NCBI GenBank assembly: GCA_002269645.1 | Contig: NIVC01002803.1 | Coordinates: forward strand, 62,001-126,000 | Source of the DNA: Macrostomum lignano | Lineage: Eukaryota | Length of the DNA stretch: 64,000 nt | Direction: 5' to 3' | Part shown: piece after piece, positions 1-12,100 of the stretch | Position numbering within the stretch: the first letter of the stretch is position 1 | Layout of the letters: the number at the start of each line of letters is the position of its first letter | The notes under the pieces: generated by a model | What the model was told of the DNA's origin: nothing | The model's input: only the letters and a program-made list of their open reading frames with translations | Databases searched by the model: none | Translations under genes and position numbers: made by a program

Positions 1-330
1 AAGGTAGATTGGGGATCAAGGTAGATTGGGGATCAAGGTAGATTGGGGATCAAGATAGATTGGGGATCAAGATAGATTGGGGATCAAGGTAGATTGGGGA
101 TCAAGGTAGATTGGGGATCAAGATAGATTGGGGATCAAGGTAGATTGGGGATCAAGATAGATTGGGGATCAAGATAGATTGGGGATCAAGGTAGATTGGG
201 CATCAAGATAGATTGGGGATCAAGGTAGATTGGGATCAAGATAGATTGGGGATCAAGATAGATTGGGGATCAAGATAGATTGGGGATCAAGATAGATTGG
301 GGATCAAGGTAGATTGGGCATCAAGGTAGA
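1..330. repeat. 17-bp minisatellite (AAGGTAGATTGGGGATC)n
   Basis: About 19 near-identical tandem units visible from base 1; the array runs off the window start. Confidence 0.95.
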
Positions 331-827
331 TTAGGAATTTCCGTTCATAGGATTTAAGTAGAATGAGGATCAGGGTATCTGATATAGTATCTGAAACGAG
401 AATCATTCCTGCTTTCAAACGGCAGTTGAACTGCGCTAATTAGCATAGACAGCTAATTAAACCTGGTCGTTAGTTTCTATCTATATTGACAAACAGCCCA
501 AGCTTAACAATGGGTTGGATTTTGACTACCCTGGAGTTGAGCGGGCGGCGTCGTAAATTGTTTTTAAGTCCAGAATTTATTCACAGAATTTTGGTATCCG
601 TGCATGCAGTGTGGGTGCCAGATTAGCATGGGATTAGCCTATAGAGCGGCCGACAGTTGGTATTTTGAAATGTAAACTTCATAGATTTTGCAGAACTGGG
701 CCGGCAGGTGTACACCTCTACATCTTTGCTTTTACACAAAAATTCAAAACAATATTATATCAATATATTCAACTATGCTTACAATCGTATGAGAAAGTTT
801 ACATTGACTTTTCGTAGCATACAAATG

Positions 828-1402
828 TGTTCACCTGTCAGTGCCGTGACTCACTCAATACAGTTCACTTATCAGTGCCGTGACTCATTCAATACAGTTC
901 GCTTATCAGTGCCGTGACTCACTCAACACAGTTCACCTCTCAGTGCCGTGACTCACTCAATACAGTTCACTTATCAGTGCCGTGACTCACTCAACACAGT
1001 TCACCTGTCAGTGCCGTGACTCACTCAACACAGTTCACTTATCAGTGCCGTGACTCATTCAATACAGTTCGCTTATCAGTGCCGTGACTCATTCAATACA
1101 GTTCGCTTATCAGTGCCGTGACTCACTCAACACAGTTCACCTCTCAGTGCCGTGACTCACTCAATACAGTTCACTTATCAGTGCCGTGACTCACTCAACA
1201 CAGTTCACCTGTCAGTGCCGTGACTCACTCAACACAGTTCACTTATCAGTGCCGTGACTCACTCAACACAGTTCACCTGTCAGTGCCGTGACTCACTCAA
1301 CACAGTTCACCTGTCAGTGCCGTGACTCACTCAACACAGTTCACCTATCAGTGCCGTGACTCACTCAACACAGTTCACTTATCAGTGCCGTGACTCACTC
1401 AA
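828..1402. repeat. 34-bp minisatellite (CAGTGCCGTGACTCACTCAACACAGTTCACTTAT)n
   Basis: About 17 head-to-tail units with no unique spacers. Confidence 0.95.
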
Positions 1403-1403
1403 G

Positions 1404-1492
1404 CCTCCTCTACGTCACGAACTGCAAAAATATGCGCCTTAGCACTCAGATTTGGGGGTTTCCTCAGGCATACAGAAACCGTTCAGGACAAG
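1404..1492 (+). CDS. possible upstream (amino-terminal domain) exon of the iGluR/IR gene
   Basis: AAG acceptor at 1401-1403 and AAG|GTGCGA donor at 1493. The frame LLYVTNCKNMRLSTQIWGF has C/G-ending codons like the other exons. Phase linkage to neighbouring exons is unresolved. Confidence 0.3.
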
Positions 1493-2089
1493 GTGCGAAA
1501 AGGATAATGGCAGATCAGCGAGTTTATCCCCAGGGGATTTGCTGCCAAACAAATTCTCTATAGTGCTAACAAATGGATTTTCGCCCTACGAAAGTGCTCA
1601 TTTATTGCGGTTGGTTAATCCGCGATAATAGAGGTGGCCAACTTTGATGGGGTCTAGAAATCTAGGAAGCCATAAACAGAAAATCAAAAATGCTCTTTTT
1701 ATGGGTCCTCCTGTTTTCTAGCGTTCAGCTGGGATAACCTCAGACCTGTAGCACTGTTCCCTCCAGTGGGAATCGATGGAGTAGCGACTGCAGAGAGAGA
1801 ATCTCAGAGGATCTTGTTGCAAAACTGCCATTTTGATTTCTTCTGCTTCTGCTAGCTTTCCTGAGAGTGCAAACAGGCTGCTGCGGTTCATGGCCTGTTG
1901 AAGAACTTGCATATACATATCAGAGAGTGGCGGAAGAGAGCTGATGAAACTGGGGGGGGGGGGGGGGAAGGGGGGAATTTAATTGTAAGCTTTGCTGCCT
2001 CTATATTGAGAGCCCGGACTGACCATGGAGTACTGGGGACCTGAAATCTGGAGAGGAAACGAATAAGATTCATAGGGGAGATGGATGGA

Positions 2090-2655
2090 GAGGATTGGGA
2101 AGAAGGGAGGGAGAGCAGGAGAGAAGGGAGGAGAGGGCAGGAGAGAAGGGAGGGAGGGCAGGAGAGAAGGGAGGGAGGGCAGGGGAGAAGGGAGGAGAGG
2201 GCAGGAGAGAAGGGAGGGAGGGCAGGAGAGAAGGGAGGGAGGGCAGGAGAGAAGGGAGGGAGGGCAGGAGAGAAGGGAGGAGAGGGTTGGGGAGAAGGGA
2301 GGAGAGGGTTGGGGAGAAGGGAGGGAAAGCAGGGGAGAAGGGAGGAGAGGGCAGGGGAGAAGGGAGGAGAGGGTTGGGGAGAAGGGAGGGAAAGCAGGGG
2401 AGAAGGGAGGAGAGGGTTGGGGAGAAGGGAGGAGAGGGTTGGGGAGAAGGGAGGGAAAGCAGGGGAGAAGGGAGGAGAGGGTTGGGGAGAAGGGAGGAGA
2501 GGGCAGGGGAGAAGGGAGGAGAGGGCAGGGGAGAAGGGGGGAGAGGGTTGGGGAGAAGGGAGGAGAGGGCAGGGGAGAAGGGAGGAGAGGGCAGGGGAGA
2601 AGGGAGGAGAGGGTTGGGCAGAAGGGAGGAGAGGGTTGGGGAGAAGGAAGGGGAG
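2090..2655. repeat. purine-rich (GA) low-complexity tandem repeat
   Basis: GGAGAAGGGAGGAGAGGG(C/T) variants repeated; the ORFs over it are repeat translations. Confidence 0.9.
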
Positions 2656-3137
2656 AGTAAGGGAGAAAAGTCAAGATTTGATTTTGGGCTCACATTTTGA
2701 TGTGACCCAAATATTTTTGCTACAAAAATTGCATGTATTTTTACATTGCCACTAGCAAACCTTACAGAAACAGATAAGCAACTTTCCCTCTCCAGACAAC
2801 GGACTTAGAGCTCCATTGCCCAATAGCAATCGGTGCACTTGACAGCGGGCACAACCTTCCCAGTTCTCTCTCTCTCTCTCTCTCTCTCAGTTCCCACCAC
2901 GATAGGAAAATTCCTTCTATTCCTTCATCCCAATCTCAAGTTTAGCCGAAGGAACCCACAGTATTGACGTGTTGTTCTTCGTATTTTTGCCTAGTTTTAT
3001 TCTATGTCACCAGACGTTAAGAGACTAAATAAACTTTGTTACTGGGATTTTTCAAATCTAATTTTTCTTTGTTGCTTATTTTATCTTACAATTATACTCA
3101 TAATAGTACATTAGCGTTACTGCACTCCCCGCCGCAG

Positions 3138-6100
3138 AGTCTGGAGGTTCGAACGGTCGATGCGATCGAATCTGTTGGCCTCGCCCTGGATCGGCTGATT
3201 TTGTCTGGCAACTTTTCTGGCGCCGCCCTGCTGAGCAACGCTAGCTGCTCCCCAGCTGCCCCAGCCCCACTCACTGGTCCACGGGCAGGCTGCTGTACCG
3301 TGAACTGGCTGGGGTTAGGACTGGCTGAACTTTAATTATGGGTGTAGCTGCTTGACCAGATTTTTAGGCGATGAAAAAGGAAATTTATGTTTCTAATCTT
3401 GAGGGGTCAACTGGCTGCACAGAATGGGGTGGTGGGATAGGCTATGAGAATCGGGAAGAGTTTAACTGGCTGCACAGAATGGGATAATGGGCTAGGCCAT
3501 GAGAATCGAGAGAGGTTCAACTGGCTGCACAGAATGGGGTGGTGGGATAGGCTATGAGAATCGGGAAGAGTTTAACTGGCTGCACAGAATGGGGTGGTAG
3601 GCTAGGCTATGAGAATCGGGAGGGGTTCAACTGGCTGCACAGAATGGGGTGGTGGGCTAGGCTATGAGAATCGGGAAGAGTTTAACTGGCTGCACAGAAT
3701 GGGGTGGTAGGCTAGGCTATGAGAATCGGGAGGGGTTCAACTGGCTGCACAGAATGGGGTGGTGGGCTAGGCTATGAGAATCGGGAAGAGTTTAACTGGC
3801 TGCACAGAATGGGATAATGGGCTAGGCCATGAGAATCGGGAGAGGTTCAACTGGCTGCACAGAATGGGGTGGTGGGATAGGCTATGAGAATCGGGAAGAG
3901 TTTAACTGGCTGCACAGAATGGGATAATGGGCTAGGCCATGAGAATCGGGAGAGGTTCAACTGGCTGCACAGAATGGGGTGGTGGGATAGGCTATGAGAA
4001 TCGGGAAGAGTTTAACTGGCTGCACAGAATGGGATAATGGGCTAGGCCATGAGAATCGAGAGAGGTTCAACTGGCTGCACAGAATGGGGTGGTAGGCTAG
4101 GCTATGAGAATCGGGAGAGGTTCAACTGGCTGCACAGAATGGGGTGGTGGGCTAGGCTATGAGAATCGGGAAGAGTTTAACTGGCTGCACAGAATGGGAT
4201 AATGGGCTAGGCTATGAGAATCGGGAGAGGTTCAGCTGGCTGCACACAATGGGGTGGTAGGCTAGGCTATGAGAATCGGGAGGGGTTCAACTGGCTGCAC
4301 ACAATGGGGTGGTAGGCTAGGCTATGAGAATCGGGAGGGGTTCAACTGGCTGCACAGAATGGGGTGGTGGGCTAGGCTATGAGAATCGGGAGAGGTTCAG
4401 CTGGCTGCACACAATGGGGTGGTAGGCTAGGCTATGAGAATCGGGGGGGGGGTTCAACTGGCTGCACAGAATGGGGTGGTGGGCTAGGCTATGAGAATCG
4501 GGAGAGGTTCAACTGGCTGCACAGAATGGGGTGGTGGGCTAGGCTATGAGAATCGGGAGGGGTTCAACTGGCTGCACACAATGGGCTGGTGGTGCCCGAC
4601 AAAAGACTGATCAGCCAGTAAGAGAGAGAGCTAGGATGCTAATGCACCAGAGTCCGTTTCAACAGGGACAGGGGATGAATTCCTCTACTCATCTTCTCCT
4701 AGATTCGCAACTACCCTACCGTGCGCGGCCCCATCTCCTTCAACGCTACGACGCGCCATTTCGACAGCCAATACGGCATCGACTTGTACGCCACCTACAA
4801 CCTGAGGCGAAGCGAGCCGCTGCACTTTGTGCGCTCTGGTAGATTTGATCGCCGAAACGCGGCGGGCGGGCTGACCGACCTGTACCGGCTCAGGGGCAAG
4901 CCGGTGGCTTTTCCCAACACCTTCACCGGGTTCAAGAATGACACCCTGCTGCTGTGTACTATGGATGTGAGGCTCGACTCGCTGTCTTTCACCGAGCACC
5001 GAATGTTTTGACACCCTACTGGTTTTTCTGACACCCTACTGATGATTCTGACACCCTACTGGTGTTTTTGATATCCTACTGATGATTCTGACACCCTACT
5101 GGTGTTCCTGACACCCTACTGATGATTCTGACACCCTACTGGTGTTCCTGACACCCTACTGATGATTCTGACACCCTACTGGTGTTCTTGACACCCTACT
5201 GATGATTCTGACACCCTACTGGTGTTTTTGATATCCTACTGATGATTCTGACACCCTACTGATCTGATGTTCCTGACACCCTACTGATGATTTCGACACC
5301 CTACTGATGTTTTTGACACCCTACTGATGATTCTGACACCCTATTGGTGTTCTTGACACCCTACTGATGATTCTGACACCCTACTGGTGTTCCTGACACC
5401 CTACTGATGATTCTGACACCCTGCTGATGTTTTTGACACCCTACTGATGATTCTGACACCCTACTGATGTGATGTTCCTGACACCCTACTGATGATTCTA
5501 ACACCCTACTGATGTGATGTTCCTGACACCCTACTGATGATTCTGACACCCTACTGATGATTCTGACACCCTACTGATGTGATGTTCCTGACACCCTACT
5601 GATGTGATGTTCCTGACACCCTACTGGTGTTCCTGACACCCTACTGATGATTCTGACACCCTGCTGATGTGATGTTCCTGACACCCTACTGATGATTCTG
5701 ACACCCTACTGATGTGATGTTCCTGACACCCTACTGATGATTCTGACACCCTACTGATGTGATGTTCCTGACACCCTACTGATGATTCTGACACCCTACT
5801 GATGATTCTGACACCCTACTGATGTGATGTTCCTGACACCCTACTGATGATTCTGACACCCTACTGGTGTTCCTGACACCCTACTGATGATTCTGACACC
5901 CTGCTGATGTGATGTTCCTGACACCCTACTGATGATTCTGACACCCTACTGATGTGATGTTCCTGACACCCTACTGATGATTCTGACACCCTACTGATGT
6001 GATGTTCCTGACACCCTACTGATGATTCTGACACCCTACTGATGATTCTGACACCCTACTGATGTGATGTTCCTGACACCCTACTGATGTGATGTTCCTG

Positions 6101-9100
6101 ACACCCTACTGATGTGATGTTCCTGACACCCTACTGGTGTTCCTGACACCCTACTGATGATTCTGACACCCTGCTGATGTTTTTGACACCCTACTGATGA
6201 TTCTGACACCCTACTGATGTGATGTTCCTGACACCCTACTGATGATTCTGACACCCTACTGATGTGATGTTCCTGACACCCTACTGATGATTCTGACACC
6301 CTACTGGTGTTCCTGACACCCTACTGATGATTCTGACACCCTGCTGATGTTTTTGACACCCTACTGATGATTCTGACACCCTACTGATGTGATGTTCCTG
6401 ACACCCTACTGATGATTCTGACACCCTACTGATGTGATGTTCCTGACACCCTACTGATGATTCTGACACCCTGCTGATGTGATGTTCCTGACACCCTACT
6501 GATGATTCTGACACCCTACTGATGTGATGTTCCTGACACCCTACTGATGATTCTGACACCCTACTGATGTGATGTTCCTGACACCCTACTGATGATTCTG
6601 ACACCCTACTGATGATTCTGACACCCTACTGATGTGATGTTCCTGACACCCTACTGATGATTCTGACACCCTACTGGTGTTCCTGACACCCTACTGATGA
6701 TTCTGACACCCTGCTGATGTGATGTTCCTGACACCCTACTGATGATTCTGACACCCTACTGATGTGATGTTCCTGACACCCTACTGATGATTCTGACACC
6801 CTACTGATGTGATGTTCCTGACACCCTACTGATGATTCTGACACCCTACTGATGATTCTGACACCCTACTGATGTGATGTTCCTGACATTTTCTTGATAC
6901 TTATATACTTTTCCTGAAACTCTCCTGATTTTCCCGACAATTTCAGTTTCAGCCATTCGTCAAGGTCACGAAGGTGTACCCGAACAACACCGTAGAGATC
7001 ACGGGGATGGTTCTGGAACTTCTGGAATATTTGAAGGAGAAGATGGAGTTCAAGTGAGCCCGGCTAAGAAGAGATTGAAAAGCAGTGTCACAACGATATT
7101 AGAAACATTCCATGACCATTTCAGCTACATATTGAAGCAGTCAGATGACGGCCTCTGGGGCAACGTCGAGGACGGGCAGACCTACGCTTCAGGCTGCATT
7201 GGAGAGGTTCAGAACCAGGTGATGGTTGCTCCTGTGTGCTTACCTGCCAAACATTGAGATTGAGGTGGAGGTTGAGATTGAGATTTAGATTGAGATTGAG
7301 ATTGAGATTGAGATTGAGATTGAGATTGAGATTGAGGTTGAGATTGGGATTGAGGTTGAGATTGGGATTGAGATTGAGATTGAGATTGAGATTGAGATTG
7401 AGATTGAGATTGAGATTGAGATTGGGATTGAGATTGAGATTGAGATTGAGATTGAGATTGAGACTGAGGTTGAGATTGGGATTGAGATTGAGATTGAGAT
7501 TGAGATTGAGATTGAGATTGAGATCAAGATTAAGATTGAGACTGAAAATGAGATTTAGGGTGAGGTTGAGATTAAGATTGAGATTTAGATTGAAAATGAG
7601 ATTGAGGTTGAGATTGAGATTGAGATTAATTGCTGGATAGATGCTGGATAGATGCTGGATAGATGCTAGATAGATGCTGAATAGATCTGGCATTCATCTG
7701 ATAAAGACCTGGCATAGAGTCTGGCATAGAGTCTGGCATAAAGTCTGGCATAGAGTCTGATATACTAGTAGAGTCTGCCATAGAGTCTGGCATAGAGTCT
7801 GGCATAGAGTCTGGCATAGAGTCTGGCATAGAGTCTGGCATAGAGTCTGGCATAGAGTCTGGCATAGAGTCTAGCGTAGATCTGGCATAGAGTCTAGCAT
7901 AGAGTCTGGCATCGAGTCTAGCGTAGAGTCTGGCATAGAGTCTGGCATAGAGTCTAGCGTAGAGTCTGGCATAGAGTCTGGCATAGAGTCTAGCGTAGAG
8001 TCTGGCATAGAGTCTGGCATAGAGTCTGGCACAGAGTTTTGGCATAGAGTCTGGCACCGAGTCTGGCATAGAGTCTAGCGTAGATCTGGTATAGAGTCTG
8101 GCATAGAGTCTGGCATAGAGTCTGGCATAGAGTCTGGCACCGAGTCTGGCATAGAGTCTAGCGTAGATCTGGCATAGAGTCTGGCATAGAGTCTGGCATA
8201 GAGTCTGGCATAGAGTCTGGCATAGAGTCTGGCATAGAGTCTGGCATAGAGTCTGGCATAGAGTCTGGCATAGAGTCTGGCATAGAGTCTGGCATAGAGT
8301 CTGGCATAGAGTCTGGCATAGAGTCTGGCATAGAGTCTGGCATAGAGTCTGGCATAGAGTCTGGCATAGAGTCTGGCATAGAGTCTGGCATAGAGTCTGG
8401 CATAGAGTCTGGCATAGAGTCTGGCATAGAGTCTGGCATAGAGTCTGGCATAGAGTTCGCATCGCTCCGCAGTCGGTGGTGTTCGGCGCCACTACGTTCA
8501 CCAAGTCGGCCTCTCGCTCCCGCGTGGTGGACTTCGGCTACACCCTGTTCGAGGACGCCTTCACCCTGCTGCTGCCGCGGCCGGCCCCGGCCAGCAAGCT
8601 GTGGAACATCTTCTCGCCGCTTCACCCGGAGACCTGGCTGGCAGTTCTGGCAGCTCTCGCGGTAGCCTCACTGACAATCTTCGCCCTGGCCTACTTCAGC
8701 CCGTTCTCGGCTTGGAATCTGCAACTGGAGTTCGCCATCGCCGACGAGGTGTGGCTGCAGGAGTACATCTGGAGCTGCATAGGCAGCTTCCTGCAGCAGG
8801 GCCAGGACTTTTATCCCTACGCAATGTCACCTCGGGCAGTGATGGTCTTCTGGTGGCTGTTCACCGTGATCATCTATGGAGCTTACACCGGTGAGTGAAG
8901 GGAGCTGACAGCACACCGGTGAGTGAAGGGAGCTGACAGTACACCGGTGAGTGAAGGGAGCTGACAGCACACCGGTGAGTGACTGAAGGGAACTGACAGC
9001 ACACCGGTGAGTGAAGGGAGCTGACAGCACACCGGTGAGTGAAGGGAGCTGACAGCACACCGGTGAGTGAAGGGAGCTGACAGCACACCGGTGAGTGAAG

Positions 9101-12100
9101 GGAGCTGACAGCAGACCGGTGAGTGAAGGGAGCTGACAGCACACCGGTGAGTGACTGAAGGGAACTGACAGCACACCGGTGAGTGAAGGGAGCTGAAAGC
9201 ACACCGGTGAGTGACTGAAGGGAGCTGACAGCACACCGGAGAATGAGTGAAGGGAGCTGACAGCACACCGGAGAATGAGTGAAGGGAGCTGACAGCACAC
9301 CGGAGAATGAGTGAAGGGAGCTGACAGCACACCGGAGAATGAGTGAAGGGAGCTGACAGCACACCGGAGAATGAGTGAAGGGAGCTGACAGCACACCGGA
9401 GAATGAGTGAAGGGAGCTGACAGCACACCGGAGAATAAGTGAAGGGAGCTGACAGCACACCGGAGAATGAGTGAAGGGAGCTGACAGCACACCGGAGAAT
9501 GGGTGAAGGGAGCTGACAGCACACCGATGAGTGACTGAAGGGAACTGACAGCACACCGGAGAATGAGTGAAGGGAGCTGACAGCACACCGGAGAATGAGT
9601 GAAGGGAGCTGACAGCACACCGGAGAATAAGTGAAGGGAGCTGACAGCACACCGGAGAATGAGTGAAGGGAGCTGACAGCACACCGGAGAATGGGTGAAG
9701 GGAGCTGACAGCACACCGATGAGTGACTGAAGGGAACTGACAGCACACCGGAGAATGAGTGAAGGGAGCTGACAGCACACCGGAGAATGAGTGAAGGGAG
9801 CTGACAGCACACCGGAGAATGAGTGAAGGGAGCTGACAGCACACCGGAGAATGAGTGAAGGGAGCTGACAGCACACCGGAGAATGAGTGAAGGGAGCTGA
9901 CAGCACACCGGAGAATGAGTGAAGGGAGCTGACAGCACACCGATGAGTGACTGAAGGGAACTGACAGCACACCGGAGAATGAGTGAAGGGAGCTGACAGC
10001 ACACCGGAGAATGAGTGAAGGGAGCTGACAGCACACCGATGAGTGACTGAAGGGAGCTGACAGCACACCGGAGAATGAGTGAAGGGAGCTGACAGCACAC
10101 CGGAGAATGAGTGAAGGGAGCTGACAGCACACCGGAGAATAAGTGAAGGGAGCTGACAGCACACCGGAGAATGAGTGAAGGGAGCTGACAGCACACCGGA
10201 GAATGGGTGAAGGGAGCTGACAGCACACCGATGAGTGACTGAAGGGAACTGACAGCACACCGGAGAATGAGTGAAGGGAGCTGACAGCACACCGGAGAAT
10301 GAGTGAAGGGAGCTGACAGCACACCGGAGAATGAGTGAAGGGAGCTGACAGCACACCGGAGAATGAGTGAAGGGAGCTGACAGCACACCGGAGAATAAGT
10401 GAAGGGAGCTGACAGCACACCGGAGAATGAGTGAAGGGAGCTGACAGCACACCGGAGAATGGGTGAAGGGAGCTGACAGCACACCGATGAGTGACTGAAG
10501 GGAACTGACAGCACACCGGAGAATGAGTGAAGGGAGCTGACAGCACACCGGAGAATGAGTGAAGGGAGCTGACAGCACACCGGAGAATGAGTGAAGGGAG
10601 CTGACAGCACACCGGAGAATGAGTGAAGGGAGCTGACAGCACACCGGAGAATGAGTGAAGGGAGCTGACAGCACACCGGAGAATGAGTGAAGGGAGCTGA
10701 CAGCACACCGGAGAATGAGTGAAGGGAGCTGACAGCACACCGATGAGTGACTGAAGGGAACTGACAGCACACCGGAGAATGAGTGAAGGGAGCTGACAGC
10801 ACACCGGAGAATGAGTGAAGGGAGCTGACAGCACACCGATGAGTGACTGAAGGGAGCTGACAGCACACCGGAGAATGAGTGAAGGGAGCTGACAGCACAC
10901 CGGAGAATGAGTGAAGGGAGCTGACAGCACACCGGAGAATGAGTGAAGGGAGCTGACAGCACACCGGAGAATGATAGGTTACGCGGACTGAACATTAAGT
11001 CACCGGGAAATGTTTTCTAATTATTGCTAAGCTGTGTGGCGCCATTTTGGTTAAGCGAATAAGCAAGTGAAGGCAGTTACTCCGGCTTCCGATTGTCTAT
11101 TCAAATTGTATTTTGCCAATTTCCTGTCTGGAAAGCATTTAGCCCAGTGCTCATAGTGCATTCGCAGGCAGCTGCAAGTCAAAACGACTCTATTCATTGC
11201 GAGTTGGCTTGTGAATTTTGGGATACATCAACTGGGAGCTAAATTATTTATATCACTGTGAGAGAGGGTCGGGAAGCAGAAGTCGAGAATGGGATGACGG
11301 GAGAAGGGTTTAGATGAAGCACAGAGAGTTGATGGGTTTTAAGAGAAAAGAAATTAGGAGAGAGGGAGAGAGAAGAGAGGGTGAGAGGAGAGAGGGAAAG
11401 AGAGAGAAGGGGAGGGGGAGAGAGGGAGAGAGGAGAGGGAGAGAGGGTGAGAGGGTGAGAGGGGAAGGGAGAAAGTGAAAGAGGGACCGAGGGAGAGAGG
11501 GAGAAATCAAGGGGAGAGGAGAGAGAGAGGGGGAGAGGGGGGAAGGAGAGAGAGAGGGGGAGAGGAGATGAAGAGAGGGAGAGAGGGGGAAAGGAGAGAG
11601 AGAGAGGGGGAGAGGAGATGAAGAGAGGGAGAGAGGGGGAGAGGAGAGAGAGAGGGGGAGAGGCGATGAAGAGAGGGAAGAGGGAGAGAGGGGGAGAGGA
11701 GAGAGAGAGGGGGAGAGGCGATGAAGAGAGGGAGAGAGGGAGAGAGGAGAGAGAGAGGGGGAGAGGCAATGAAGAGAGGGAGAGAGGGAGCGAGGAGAGA
11801 GAGAGGGGAGAGGAGATGAAGAGAGGGAGAGAGGGGGAGAGGAGAGAGAGAGGGGGAGAGGAGATGAAGAGAGGGAGAGAGGGGGAGAGGAGAGAGAGAG
11901 ATGTGGAGAGGGGGAGAGGGAGAAAGGGAAAATGGACAGAGGAGAAGAGAGAGGGGGAGAGAAGGAGAGAGGAGAGGGAGAGAGGGAGAAGTAAAGAATA
12001 AGTTTGAACAGGAGAGGAAAATGGGGAAGGAGGGAGAGAGGGTGATTGGCGAGAGTTGGAAAAATCAGAGCGGGAGATGGGAAGAAGGCAGCTTCAGAGA

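Noticed and set aside
828-1402. CRISPR-like 34-bp repeats (also the 36-bp array at 50565 and the 31/33-bp arrays)
   Set aside because: Units are head-to-tail with no unique spacers, there are no cas genes, and the context is eukaryotic.
685-2960. Additional candidate 5' exons of the receptor (about 685-786, 1721-1790, 2795-2950)
   Set aside because: Acceptors are plausible, but I could not build a unique phase-consistent chain with convincing donors or motifs.
8827-10995. Three ORFs of about 700 aa on the minus strand
   Set aside because: Stop-free translations of the 28/32-bp intronic minisatellite.
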